DNA from: an uncultured bacterium
Lineage (GTDB): Bacteria > Planctomycetota > UBA1135 > GCA-002686595
Length of the DNA: 64,000 nt
Assembly: GCA_943787795.1 (NCBI GenBank)
Contig: CALSNU010000001.1
Span: 1,056,001 to 1,120,000, forward strand
Direction: 5' to 3'
A program made the position numbers and the translations under genes. Positions 10,873-21,409 of this stretch are shown here, piece after piece. Numbering within the stretch: the stretch's first letter is position 1; the number at the start of each line of letters is the position of its first letter. The notes under the pieces were generated by a model. That model was given only the letters and a program-made list of their open reading frames with translations, did no database searches and was not told where the DNA came from.

Positions 10873-12453
10873 ATGACCACCGAATCCACCGCGAGCATGT
10901 CTGACGCCGCCAAGGACCCCGTCCAGAGACTCCGTGAGGCCCGCGAGCAGAGCCTGGTGGGGGGGGGAGAGAAGCGGATCGCTGCCCAGCACGCCAAGGG
11001 CAAGATGACGGCCCGGGAGCGCATCGACTTCCTCGTGGACGAGGGCTCGTTCATCGAGCTCGACCGGTTCGTGACGCATCGCTGCACGGACTTCGACATG
11101 GACGAGCAGAAGATTCTGGGCGATGGGGTGGTGACCGGGCACGCGAGGATCGACGGCCGCCCCGTCTACCTCTTCAGCCAGGACTTCACCGTCTTCGGCG
11201 GGAGCCTCTCGGAGACCCACGCCGAGAAGATCTGCAAGGTCATGGACCTCGCGCTGAAGGTGGGGGTGCCGGTCATCGGGCTGAACGACTCCGGCGGCGC
11301 GCGCATCCAGGAGGGCGTCCAGAGCCTCGGCGGCTACGCGGAGATCTTCTGGCGCAACACCCAGGCCTCGGGCGTCATCCCGCAGCTCTCTGGCGTGCTC
11401 GGCCCGTGCGCTGGGGGCGCCGTGTACAGCCCCGCGCTGACCGACTTCATCGCCATGGTGGAGGGCAACTCCTACATGCACATCACGGGGCCTGACGTCG
11501 TGAAGACGGTCACCCACGAGGAGGTGACCAGCGAGGACCTGGGCGGCGCCTCGGTCCACAGCGCCAAGTCGGGCGTGGCGCACTTCGCGACCCCCGACGA
11601 CAAGAGCTGCCTCCTCTTGCTCCGCAAGCTCCTCTCGTACCTGCCCCTGAACAACGCCGAGGATCCGCCCTTCGTGCCGACGGAGGACCCCTCGGATCGT
11701 GAGGATCCGGGCCTGGATTCGATCGTCCCCGAGGACCCGCAGAAGCCGTACGACATGCGGCAGGTCCTCGACAAGGTCCTCGATGAGGGGTCCTGGTTCG
11801 AGGTCCAGGAGGGCTGGGCGCAGAACCTGCTGGTGGGCTTCGGCCGGCTCGGCGGCCGCGTCGTCGGCATCGTCGCGAACCAACCCTCGGTGCTCGCGGG
11901 CTGCCTCGACAGTGAGGCCAGCGAGAAGGGCGCCCGCTTCATCCGCTTCTGCGACGCCTTCAACATCCCGATCGTCACCTTCGAGGACGTGCCCGGGTTC
12001 CTGCCGGGGACGGACCAGGAGCACGGCGGCATCATCCGGCGGGGCGCCAAGCTCCTCTACGCCTACTGCGAGGCCTCGGTCCCGCTGCTGACCGTGATCA
12101 CCCGCAAGGCCTATGGCGGCGCCTATGACGTGATGGCTTCAAAGCACATCCGCTCGGACGTCAACATCGCCTGGCCTGGCGCCATGGTGGCGGTGATGGG
12201 GGCGGCTGGGGCTGCCAAGATCATCCACCGGCGCGAGATTCAGGCGGCCGACGACCCCGCGGCGCTCGAGGCGCAGCGGGCCGCAGAGTACGACGAGACG
12301 TTCAACAACCCGTACCGGGCCGCGGCGCGCGGCTTTGTGGATGACGTCATCGAGGCCTCGAAGACGCGTCCTTACCTCATCCGATCGCTGGAGCTGCTCC
12401 GGACGAAGAAGGAGAACCGACCCGTGCGCAAGCACGGCAATATCCCCCTCTGA
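10873..12453 (+). CDS. pccB: Acyl-CoA carboxylase carboxyltransferase (beta) subunit, propionyl-CoA carboxylase-like
   Basis: [77 protein letters not shown]. Confidence 0.92.
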   Translation: MTTESTASMSDAAKDPVQRLREAREQSLVGGGEKRIAAQHAKGKMTARERIDFLVDEGSFIELDRFVTHRCTDFDMDEQKILGDGVVTGHARIDGRPVYLFSQDFTVFGGSLSETHAEKICKVMDLALKVGVPVIGLNDSGGARIQEGVQSLGGYAEIFWRNTQASGVIPQLSGVLGPCAGGAVYSPALTDFIAMVEGNSYMHITGPDVVKTVTHEEVTSEDLGGASVHSAKSGVAHFATPDDKSCLLLLRKLLSYLPLNNAEDPPFVPTEDPSDREDPGLDSIVPEDPQKPYDMRQVLDKVLDEGSWFEVQEGWAQNLLVGFGRLGGRVVGIVANQPSVLAGCLDSEASEKGARFIRFCDAFNIPIVTFEDVPGFLPGTDQEHGGIIRRGAKLLYAYCEASVPLLTVITRKAYGGAYDVMASKHIRSDVNIAWPGAMVAVMGAAGAAKIIHRREIQAADDPAALEAQRAAEYDETFNNPYRAAARGFVDDVIEASKTRPYLIRSLELLRTKKENRPVRKHGNIPL

Positions 12454-12574
12454 TCGACTCTGGCTCCCCTCGGACGGGTTTTCCACGGATCCCCGACCCC
12501 CGTCCACGAGCTCCAGGGCTAACCTCTCGCGCTTGCGCCCCCTCCCTCCGAACCCCGGGGGCCGCACCACCGAC

Positions 12575-12796
12575 ATGGACCTGACTCTTCCGCAGCGCCT
12601 CCAGCAGTCCGTTCAGGGCTCGTTCCACAAGACCGCTCTCCTCCAGAAGCGAGTCCGTGAGCTGATCCGTGGCGCCTCGCCGCTGATCGAGACGCGCGAG
12701 ACCAACCCGATCAAGATCGCCTTCCTGGAGATGGAGCGCGGCCTCATCGAGCTGATCCCGGACGAGGAGAGCCAGGCGCCGCCGACCTCGCTCTGA
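12575..12796 (+). CDS. rpoZ: DNA-directed RNA polymerase subunit omega
   Basis: 73 aa, GSFHKTALLQKRVRELIRGASPLI...IKIAFLEMERGLIEL matches the omega fold pattern. Confidence 0.85.
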   Translation: MDLTLPQRLQQSVQGSFHKTALLQKRVRELIRGASPLIETRETNPIKIAFLEMERGLIELIPDEESQAPPTSL

Positions 12797-12806
12797 GGTC
12801 GCCACC

Positions 12807-13946
12807 TTGCCGGCCGAGCAGGTGACCTCCGCGTCCCGTCCTCGTCGCCACGACGGGCTCCTCGCCGAGCGCGGTGGATGGCCGGAGTTGCTCTGGATCC
12901 CGGCGCTGCTCTTCGGAGCCATCGCGCGGCTCAGGTCGATGATGTACGCGCGGCGTGCGCGGCCCGTCTTTGAGGTCGGCGCCCCGGTCGTCAGCGTGGG
13001 GAACCTCGCCGCGGGTGGGACGGGCAAGACCCCCATGATCGCCTGGCTCGCCGAGCGGCTCCGCGAGCGCGGGCTCCGGGCGGGCATCGTGTCCCGAGGC
13101 TACGGGGCCGAGGAACGCGGGGGCGTGCAGGCCCCCAACGACGAGGCGCGGATGCTTGCTGAGATGCTCCCCGACGTTCCGCACGTGCAGGATCGAGATC
13201 GGGTCCGCGCGGCGACACAGCTCGTGGACCGCGGCCTCGACGTCATCTTGATGGACGACGGCTTCCAGCACCGCCGGCTCGCGAGGGACGTGGACCTCGT
13301 GCTGATCGACAGCCTGCGCCCGTTCGGTCTGCCGGCTCCCGCGAATGGTGGGTTGCCCGTTGAGGCGCCGATTCCCCGCGGGCTGATGCGTGAGCCGTTG
13401 AGCGCGCTCGGCCGAGCATCTGCGGTGGTGCTGACTCGCGTGGACGCCGTGGACGAGGCGACCCTGGAGCGACTGGAGCGGCGGATCGAGCGGGCCGCGC
13501 CAGGGATGCCGGTGCTCCAGGCGCGGCATGCTCCGGTGGCCTATCGAGAGGCTGGCGATCCGGATCGTACGAGGCACCCGCTGCATCAACTGGAGGGGCT
13601 CGAGGTGGACCTGGTCAGCGGGATCGGGAACCCGGGCGCCTTCGAGGCCACGGCGCGAGGCCTTGGCGTGCGCGTCCACTCGCACCGGCGGTTCCCCGAT
13701 CACCACTCCTTTGCACCGGGGGACCTCGACGGGCTCGGCGTCGAGCGGGCGGTCCTGACCACCGCGAAGGATGCCGCACGCCTGGACGGGCTCCCCGAGG
13801 TGGACGCCCCTGGGCGTCTGCTCATCCTGGAGGTGGAGCTGAACGTCAGCCGGGGCAGGCCCATTCTGGACGCGCTGCTCGACACCCTGCCGCCGACCCA
13901 GAGGGCTCGCGAGCGCGCGTCGATCCACGAGGGCCTCCATGGGTGA
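12807..13946 (+). CDS. lpxK: Tetraacyldisaccharide 4'-kinase
   Basis: VSVGNLAAGGTGKTP, SRGYG, NDE, DDGFQHRRLARD, P.GLMREP, GIGNP..F, FPDHH, TT.KD. Confidence 0.95.
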   Translation: MPAEQVTSASRPRRHDGLLAERGGWPELLWIPALLFGAIARLRSMMYARRARPVFEVGAPVVSVGNLAAGGTGKTPMIAWLAERLRERGLRAGIVSRGYGAEERGGVQAPNDEARMLAEMLPDVPHVQDRDRVRAATQLVDRGLDVILMDDGFQHRRLARDVDLVLIDSLRPFGLPAPANGGLPVEAPIPRGLMREPLSALGRASAVVLTRVDAVDEATLERLERRIERAAPGMPVLQARHAPVAYREAGDPDRTRHPLHQLEGLEVDLVSGIGNPGAFEATARGLGVRVHSHRRFPDHHSFAPGDLDGLGVERAVLTTAKDAARLDGLPEVDAPGRLLILEVELNVSRGRPILDALLDTLPPTQRARERASIHEGLHG

Positions 13947-15009
13947 GGCGCCTCGATCCGCGGGCTCAACGTCGCCGCTGGAACATGTCCGTCGGTTCGA
14001 TGATCGGCGGCTCCTCACGCAGGAGACCAGCTGGCCTGTGGAGGTCCCGCCGTTCGAAGACGGGCGCTTCCATAGCCCGAAGCACCGAGCCCTGCAGCTG
14101 CTCATGAAGGCGGCGCAGGGGACCGCGCTCCGTCTCCCCGGTCCTCTCCAGCGGGGACTCGTGGCGTCCCTTGCCGGAGCGGGGCGCGCCCTGGACAAGC
14201 GCCACACGCGGGCGGCGGAGGACTACATCAGGGCTGCGCTGCCCCTGGCGACCGACCCCGAGGTCGACCTGCTGGTTGCCCAGGCGTGGAGGCACCTGTT
14301 GCGGATCGCCCTCGTGGCGGTGGGCGTGGACCGTCATGTGATGGGGGGGCGCCTGGGGGACCACTACGAGATCAAGGCCTGTCCCGAGGCGCTCGACGTG
14401 CTCGAGCGACCGGGCGGTGCCATCATGCTGTCCGCCCACGTCGGCTTCTGGGAGGCATGTTGCCCTGCCATTGTCGGGATGGGGTGGGGCCCGTCCTACG
14501 GCGTCGGCAAGGCGCCGCGGAACGACTTCGTGGCCCGCGACCTCGAGCGCGCGAGGGAGAGCCAGGGGATGCGCGTGATCCCCCGACGTGGGGCCATGGC
14601 GGCCGTGCCGGCGGCCGTCCGCGCGGGGGCCTCCGTGGGGATGTTGCTGGACCACCGCCCGCGGAGGAAGCCGATCTACGCGCCGTTCTTCGGGCGGCTG
14701 GCGGCCTGTGATCGGAGCGCCGGCGTCCTCCTCCGGCGGGTCAAGGCGCCGCTCGTGTTCTACGCCTGCTACTCGGCGAAGGGGACGGACGCCCTGGACT
14801 CATGGCGCTTCGAGCTCCGGCTTCCCGCGGTCATCGAGCCCGAGGAGCTCGCAGGGGTTGACCCTGAGTCGATCGCAGCGCGCATCAATTCCGAACTCGA
14901 ACGGCTCATTCTTCATCGACCCGAGGAGGCCTTTTGGCTCCATGACCGCTTCCGGGGGGCCCCCGACAAAGCTCCGGGTGATTCCGAGGACGAATCCCGC
15001 CGCGCCTGA
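13939..15009 (+). CDS. lpxL: Lipid A late acyltransferase (LpxL/HtrB family)
   Basis: AHVGFWE (HxxxxE) motif, LLDH, PFFG, LE..I...PE..FWLHDRF; overlaps lpxK by 8 nt. Confidence 0.8.
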   Translation: MGEAPRSAGSTSPLEHVRRFDDRRLLTQETSWPVEVPPFEDGRFHSPKHRALQLLMKAAQGTALRLPGPLQRGLVASLAGAGRALDKRHTRAAEDYIRAALPLATDPEVDLLVAQAWRHLLRIALVAVGVDRHVMGGRLGDHYEIKACPEALDVLERPGGAIMLSAHVGFWEACCPAIVGMGWGPSYGVGKAPRNDFVARDLERARESQGMRVIPRRGAMAAVPAAVRAGASVGMLLDHRPRRKPIYAPFFGRLAACDRSAGVLLRRVKAPLVFYACYSAKGTDALDSWRFELRLPAVIEPEELAGVDPESIAARINSELERLILHRPEEAFWLHDRFRGAPDKAPGDSEDESRRA

Positions 15010-15063
15010 TGACCTTGGCCCCCTCAGCCCGGCAAACTGTGCCGAGCTAGGACCCCGCGAACC

Positions 15064-16050
15064 ATGAGCGAGAGCAAGCACCCCTTCCCGCAGATGCGGG
15101 ACCTCGAGCTGTACGCGCTGGAGGACAGAGAGAGCCTCGTCGAGGTCGGAGACTTCTGCCAGGTTCCCGAGCCCGTGGCGGGCTTTGAAGGCTTCGTGGA
15201 CTCCCTGCCGGACATCTACGCCGGGACGGACTTCAAGAGCCTGGTGGGTCGCATCCTCCGCGCGCGGGTTGCGGGCAAGCCCGTGGTGATGGCCATGGGG
15301 GCCCACGTCCTGAAGGTCGGCCTCGCGCCGCTGATCATCGACCTCATGGAGCGGGGGGTGGTGACCCACGTTGCCCTCAACTCGGCCGGGGCGATCCATG
15401 ACTTCGAGATCGCGACCGCGGGGAAGACCTCCGAACGGGTCGATACCCAGCTCCCTGCGGGCCAGTTTGGGTTTGCGGATGAGACGGGCCTTGGCCTCGC
15501 CGAGGCCGCGCGACGCGGGGCCCGATGTGAGGGGGCGGACGAGCCAGGACTCGGACGGGGGCTCGGTCGGATGCTGCTCGAGCGTGCGCCGGAGCACCTC
15601 GCCCTGAGCGTCCCTGCGACGGCCGTTCGCCTCGGCCTGGGGGTGACCTGTCACCCGTCCATCGGGGCGGACATCGTTCACATGCACCCCGCTTGCGACG
15701 GCGCGGACCTCGGCGCAGCGGCGCTGGCGGACTTCCACCACGTTTGCCGAACCGTGTCGGAGCTGGCGGCGGATCCCGGCTCGGAGGCCGGCGGAGTCTG
15801 GCTCAATGTGGGCTGCGCCGTGATCCTCCCCGAGGTCTTCCTGAAGGCCGTCAGCGTCGCCATCAACCTCGGCGTGGACCTCGCGGCGATGACCACGGGC
15901 AACCTGGACATGATCCGGCAGTACCGCGCAGAGACCAACGTCGTGCGCCGGCCTCCCGGTGACGGCTTCACGCTCGTCGGGCAACACGAGCTGCTCCTCC
16001 CGCTCCTGCGTATGGCGATCATCAGCAAGCTGGAGGGCGGCCGGGTCTGA
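15064..16050 (+). CDS. Conserved hypothetical protein, deoxyhypusine-synthase-like (DHS-like NAD-binding) fold
   Basis: MGAHVLKVGL.P.IIDLM..G.VTHVA.NSAGAIHDFE, G.TSE.V, GQFG.ADET, LNVGCAVILPEVFLKA, GQHELLLP; the fold call is by pattern resemblance. Confidence 0.7.
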   Translation: MSESKHPFPQMRDLELYALEDRESLVEVGDFCQVPEPVAGFEGFVDSLPDIYAGTDFKSLVGRILRARVAGKPVVMAMGAHVLKVGLAPLIIDLMERGVVTHVALNSAGAIHDFEIATAGKTSERVDTQLPAGQFGFADETGLGLAEAARRGARCEGADEPGLGRGLGRMLLERAPEHLALSVPATAVRLGLGVTCHPSIGADIVHMHPACDGADLGAAALADFHHVCRTVSELAADPGSEAGGVWLNVGCAVILPEVFLKAVSVAINLGVDLAAMTTGNLDMIRQYRAETNVVRRPPGDGFTLVGQHELLLPLLRMAIISKLEGGRV

Positions 16051-17558
16051 TGATCGAGGCGAACCGACTGAGGGAGTTGCTCGCCAACGAGGGGGCGCCG
16101 CGGGTGGTGATCATCGGCGACCTGATCGTCGACCGTTACATCTCCGGCGACGTGAGTCGGATCTCGCCAGAGGCGCCGATTCCGGTGCTCGCGGCCAGCT
16201 CCTCCGAGCTGCGGCTCGGGGGCGCGGGCAACGTCGCCGCGAACCTGCGCGCCATGGAGGCGGAGGTCATCATTGTCGGTGTCGTGGGTGATGACAGTCA
16301 CGGGTCCTTCCTGCGTCAGCTCTTCGAGGCCGAAGGTATCGGGACAGGCGGCGTGATTAGCGACGGCTCGCGGCCCACCATCGAGAAGACGCGCATGATG
16401 AGCGGCGTCCAGCAGATGCTCCGGGTGGACTGGGAGGACACGCGGCCGATCGATTCGGTGGTCCTCGCGCGGATGCTCGAGGCGATCCCCCGGGAGCTCG
16501 AGGGAGCCGACGCCGTCGTGCTCTCCGACTACGGAAAGGGCACCCTCACCCAGGAGGTCATCGAGCTCGCGATCGCGGAGGCCCAGGCACGGTCGATCCC
16601 GGTGCTCGTGGATCCGAAGGGCGCAGACTTCTCGCGCTACGCTGGCGCGACACTTGTCACGCCCAACCGCAAGGAGGCCGAGCTCGCCCTTGGGCGTGAG
16701 CTCTCTGGCCTGGGCGACCTGCCCGGCGCCGCAGACGAGCTGATCGCGGCCGCCTCCCTGGCACAGGTCGTGATCACGCTGGGCGGCGACGGCATCTACT
16801 TCCGGGCGCGCGACGGCGCGCTCGACGGCAGGATCCCGACACAGGCCCGGGCCGTCTTCGACGTGACCGGCGCGGGGGACACGGTCGTGGCTCACCTGGC
16901 GTTCCACCTCGGCGCCGGGTTGGAGCTCAAGGCCGCCGTGACGCTCGCGAACCACGCGGCGGGGATCGTCGTCGCCAAGCTGGGCACCCACTCGGTCACG
17001 CGCTCGGAGCTGTTCGAGCGGCTCCTCGAGGGGCAGCCCCAGGAGTCCAAGGTGGCGACGGCGGCGTCCTTGAGCGCGCGTCTCGAGGCTTGGCGGCGAG
17101 AGGGCAAGCGGATCGTCTTCACGAACGGCTGCTTCGATGTGCTCCACGCGGGTCACGTCAGCTACCTGCGCTTCGCGCGAGCCAGGGGGGACGTCCTGGT
17201 CGTCGGCGTCAACGATGACGCCAGCGTCGCGCGCCTGAAGGGCCCCGAGAGGCCGGTGAACCCGCTCGCGGATCGCCTCCTGGTCCTTGGCGCGCTCGAG
17301 GTGGTCGACGCGGTCATCGCCTTCGGTGAGGACACGCCCAGGGACCTGGTCGAGTTCGTCTCTCCGGACGTCCTGGTCAAGGGGGAGGACTACGTGGATC
17401 AGCCCGTGGTTGGCCGCGAGTGGGTGGAGTCTCACGGCGGTCAGGTGGTGCTCGCGCCGCTCCTCGAGGGGCGTTCGACCACCGGCATCCTGGGTCGGGC
17501 CGGCGGTGGCTCCGGTCGGACCGGCAGCCTCGACGGGGGCGCGGGCCAGGGCGCTTGA
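16050..17558 (+). CDS. hldE: Bifunctional ADP-heptose synthase (heptose-7-P kinase / heptose-1-P adenylyltransferase)
   Basis: RISPEAPIPV, GGAGNVA, LSDYGKG, VDPKG, TPNRKE, DVTGAGDT, then FTNGCFDVLHAGH, LKGPERP, VKGEDY, STT. Confidence 0.97.
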   Translation: MIEANRLRELLANEGAPRVVIIGDLIVDRYISGDVSRISPEAPIPVLAASSSELRLGGAGNVAANLRAMEAEVIIVGVVGDDSHGSFLRQLFEAEGIGTGGVISDGSRPTIEKTRMMSGVQQMLRVDWEDTRPIDSVVLARMLEAIPRELEGADAVVLSDYGKGTLTQEVIELAIAEAQARSIPVLVDPKGADFSRYAGATLVTPNRKEAELALGRELSGLGDLPGAADELIAAASLAQVVITLGGDGIYFRARDGALDGRIPTQARAVFDVTGAGDTVVAHLAFHLGAGLELKAAVTLANHAAGIVVAKLGTHSVTRSELFERLLEGQPQESKVATAASLSARLEAWRREGKRIVFTNGCFDVLHAGHVSYLRFARARGDVLVVGVNDDASVARLKGPERPVNPLADRLLVLGALEVVDAVIAFGEDTPRDLVEFVSPDVLVKGEDYVDQPVVGREWVESHGGQVVLAPLLEGRSTTGILGRAGGGSGRTGSLDGGAGQGA

Positions 17559-17739
17559 GGCGCGCCGGCCCGGCACGGCTCCTCACCAGGGCCGCGAAGA
17601 TCTCCCTCGTCGAGCGCAACGTGGCTCCGTCCTCGGTCGAGATGGCCACACGCGGGCTCAACGCAGTTTGCCGTGCCGTCCTGGCGGCGACTGACCGCCG
17701 GCCCGAGGCGTCCGGACGGAACGCCGGGTCGGGGACTCC

Positions 17740-18537
17740 GTGACCCTCCGCACCATCTGCCTGCTGCTGGCGGGCGCAGCGATCGCCTTCATCGGAGCGG
17801 TCTGCGGGATCGGGGGGGGGCTCTTCGCTGTCCCCATGCTGCACTACCTCTTCAAGCTCGACCTGCGGGCTTCGGTGGCCACAGGGCTCTGCCTTGTTGC
17901 CGCGACGGCCTACTCGTCCACGGCCACCGAGCTCCTGCGGGAGGACAGCTCCATCGACCTGTTGCTGGTGGGCCCTCTCGGCGTCGGAGCGCTCCTGGGG
18001 GCCCAGTTCGGGTTCCGCCTGTCCAGGGGCCTCGGGGAGCGCCGGCTGAAGACCGTCTTCGCCGCCGTCCTTATCGTCGCGGGGGCGCGGATGCTGCTCT
18101 CCGAGGGCATCCCCGCGCTCCCCGGTGACGGCGCCGCCTGGGCACCGGGAGCCAGGGCCTTGATCGCCGCGCTGATCGGCGCTGGCGCGGGCACGGTCGC
18201 CCCCTTGCTCGGGATCGGTGGTGGACTGGTGGTCGTCCCGGCGCTGATGTTCACCATGCCCGAACTCGGCGGACTCGCGGTGCGCGCCGCCGCGCTCGCC
18301 GTCGCCTGCGTGACCTCCGCGCGGTCGCTCCAGCTCTACCGGCGCGAGGGGATCATCCAGCTGTCCCTCGGGCTCCCGATCGCCCTCGGAGCGCTTGGGG
18401 GCGCCTTCGCCGGGGTCCACACGGTGCACCTTCCGGGGATGTCGCAGGTGGGGCAGCGGGTGATGGGGGCCATACTCCTGGTCACGGCGGCCCGCTTCGC
18501 CCGGGACGTTGCGCGGCTTCGCCGTGGCTTGGGGTAG
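17740..18537 (+). CDS. Sulfite exporter TauE/SafE (TSUP) family membrane protein
   Basis: Twice-repeated GIGGG..VP motif in a highly hydrophobic 265-aa protein. Confidence 0.88.
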   Translation: MTLRTICLLLAGAAIAFIGAVCGIGGGLFAVPMLHYLFKLDLRASVATGLCLVAATAYSSTATELLREDSSIDLLLVGPLGVGALLGAQFGFRLSRGLGERRLKTVFAAVLIVAGARMLLSEGIPALPGDGAAWAPGARALIAALIGAGAGTVAPLLGIGGGLVVVPALMFTMPELGGLAVRAAALAVACVTSARSLQLYRREGIIQLSLGLPIALGALGGAFAGVHTVHLPGMSQVGQRVMGAILLVTAARFARDVARLRRGLG

Positions 18538-18548
18538 GCTCTCCAGCC

Positions 18549-18761
18549 GTGTTTGAACGCAGGATCATTGGCCTCGAAGAGCGCCTCGCCTTCCAGGAGA
18601 ACGAGCTGGAGAAGCTCAACCGAGTCGTGGCCGAGCAGCAGCTCGAGCTGGACGCCGCGGGGAAGGAACTCCGGGAGCTGCGCGCGCGCGTGCGCACCGT
18701 CGGAGGAACCGAGGACTCGGAGGGGCGCACCCTCCAGGACGACCGGCCTCCGCACTACTGA
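18549..18761 (+). CDS. slyX: SlyX family protein
   Basis: RI..LE.RLAFQE...E.LN.VV..QQ coiled coil ending in PPHY. Confidence 0.9.
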   Translation: MFERRIIGLEERLAFQENELEKLNRVVAEQQLELDAAGKELRELRARVRTVGGTEDSEGRTLQDDRPPHY

Positions 18762-18829
18762 ATCAGCGCCCAGGGCGACCTCCGCGGCGCCCCCAGGCGA
18801 CCGAACCGGCACACTTTCCGGAACACTCC

Positions 18830-21045
18830 ATGGCAGCCAGTGACTCGCAAGGCGGCACGACGACCGTCCGGGGGCCCAGGGCCTCCCGCGCCACCCGTTG
18901 GCGCGCGGGGGGTGCTCGTGCTCGTTCATCTCCTCGCGGCCATCCATATCGCGCATTGGATGTCCACAGGGCGCACGGTCTCTCCGCTCGAGCCGTCCGA
19001 GGCCATGGAGTTCGCCAAGTACTCGGTGGTGAACGCGGGGCTGATCTTCTTCGCCATCACCATCCTCTCGACTCTGATCCTCGGGCGCTGGTTCTGCGGA
19101 TGGGCCTGCCACCTGGTGGCCCTTCAGGACCTCTCCCGCGCCTTCCTGATCCGGATCGGCCTGCGCCCACGACCGCTGCGGTCCCGGTGGATGGCGTTGA
19201 TGCCCATCGTGGCGGCCGGGTACATGTTCCTGTGGCCGGTGGTCTATCGCGTCTGGATCGGTGACCCCCTTCGAGGTCACGGGGGTCGAGATGACGCGTG
19301 AGGGCTTCTGGGACACCTTCCCAGCCTGGTGGCCGGCGGTGTTCACCTTCGTGCTGTGCGGTTTCGTGGCGGTCTACTTCCTCGGCGCCAAGGGCTTCTG
19401 CACCTACGCCTGCCCCTACGGCGCGGTCTTCGGGCTCGCCGACAGGTTGAGCCCCGGGCGAATCCGGGTCACGGACGACTGCGTGCAGTGCGGCCATTGC
19501 ACGGCCACCTGCACCTCCAACGTGGACATCTCGCGAGAGGTCCACGACTACGGGATGGTGGTGGATCCGGGCTGCATGAAGTGCATGGACTGCGTCTCTG
19601 TTTGCCCGGAGAACGCGCTGCACTTCGGCTTGGGGAAGCCCGCGATCCTCGCGCGCAAGCGGGAGGACGCTCGCCCGCCCCGGCCAAGGCTCCCGCTGGT
19701 CGAGGAGGCGACGGCGGCCCTGGCCTTCGGCTTCGGGTACTTCGCGATCCGAGGCTTCTACCAGGAGCGCGGGTTCCTCCTCTCGGTGGGCATCGCGGCG
19801 GTCTTTGCCTTCCTGGTCGTGACGGCGGTGCGCCTCATCCGCCGCCGCGACGTGCGGATCCCGGGCGCGGTGCTCAAGGAGGGCGGGAAGCTGCGGCCCC
19901 TGGCCGTGGCCCTGGGTGGTGGAACCCTGGTGCTCACCGCCTCGGCGGTGCCCTTTGGGCTCGTGCCTGAGGTCAACACCTGGAGGGCCAACCGGGCCTG
20001 GCTTGAGCTCGAGGATGCCCGCGCGCGCTGGTTCGAGCCCGGGAGGGCGTCCCTCAGCGAAGCGGAGCTGGCTTCGGCGGGCCGGCTGCTGGAGAGCGCG
20101 GGCACGATCCGCGCCCGCTCCGGTGTGCGGTCCCTGCAGAACACCCATGCGCCTCGCCTGGGGGAGCCTCTTTGTGGGGGACATCCAGAGCTTCGAGCAG
20201 CGCCTCTCGGAGGCCTTGCTCTTCGGGCGCGCGGGGGTCGGGCTGAAGACGCTCGCGGCGGACCAGATGCGAGCGCGGGGGCGATCTCGCTCGCGCCGAG
20301 GTGGCGTACCGCGCCGTGCTCGAGGAGGTCCCCGAGCACGTCCCGGCGGTGGTCCGTCTGGCGGAGCTGCTCGGTCCAATCGGAGCGCCCTGGAGGACGC
20401 GCTCGAGGTGGTCGAGACCGGCCTCCTCGTGGCGCCGGATTCGCCGCCGCTGCTCGCTCCCAGCGGGGGACCTTCCGGCTCATCGCCGGGGACCCCGACG
20501 GTGCGGTCGAGGACCTCCGGGCGGCGATCGAGCTGAACCCCGAGTTCATCGAGGCCAGGATTCGCCTGTCGGAGCTCTTCGCCCAGTCGCAGCGCCTCGA
20601 GGAGGCCCGCGAGGTGATCGAGGGAGGCCTGGCGGTTCTCCCGGATGCGCCCCCTCTGGTCGCCCAGCGCGGGGTCCTGCGCCTCTTTGCTGGGGATCCC
20701 GACGGCGCGATCGCCGACCTGCGGAGCGCCCTGGAGATGAACCCGGGGCTCGCGTCCGCCAGGGACCGGCTGTGGCGCGTGCTCATGGAGCTCAATCGTG
20801 GCCAGGAGAGCGCCCAGGTGATCCGTGATGGTCTCCTGCTCGACGGGGCCCCTGTGGTCCTGCGGGCTCACCTCGCCCAGGTCCTGTTCATGACCGGCGA
20901 CCGGGACGGGGCGGCCGCGGAGGCGCGGCGGCTCGCCGCCTTGGCGGGGGACAACGCGGCGCTCCTGCAAGTGGCCCGCGAGGTGCTCCGCGCGTCAGGC
21001 TTCGCCGCAGAGGCGGACCAGATCGTGCCCCAGAGCGGCCGCTGA
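18830..21045 (+). CDS. Membrane 4Fe-4S binding protein (NapH/MauN/CcoG-like) fused to TPR repeats; about seven apparent frameshifts
   Basis: GRWFCGWACH, FCTYACPYG, CVQCGHCTATC, CMKCMDCVSVCP, TM helices, then TPRs (AIELNPEF.EAR..L); segments lie in shifting frames. Confidence 0.75.
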
Positions 21046-21409
21046 GGGCGGTGAGTCTGGACCCGAGCGACGGGCTTGCTTGAGCCATCATCGCGCGGAG
21101 CGTTGAAGGATCGTCCCACGGCGCTGTGCCTCCGGCGTTGGGCCTCCGGCGCGGTGCCTCCGGGCCGTTGGGCCCCCGGCGCTGGGCCCCCCGGCGCCGC
21201 GGCTGCATCGCGGCTGCCCCGCCGCGCTGGCCCCCGCCGCGCGGGCGCTGCCGAGCTAGCACCCGCCGCGCCATGAGCAGGGGGCGCTGGGGCCGGCGCG
21301 CTAGAACCGGGGCGGCGCCGGCTCCTCGGCCGAACGGGCTCGCTCCCGCCAAGCCACCGCCCACCTCTGCACCGGTGCCCAGCGCCAGCGGCGCGGCGAC
21401 CGTACGGGC

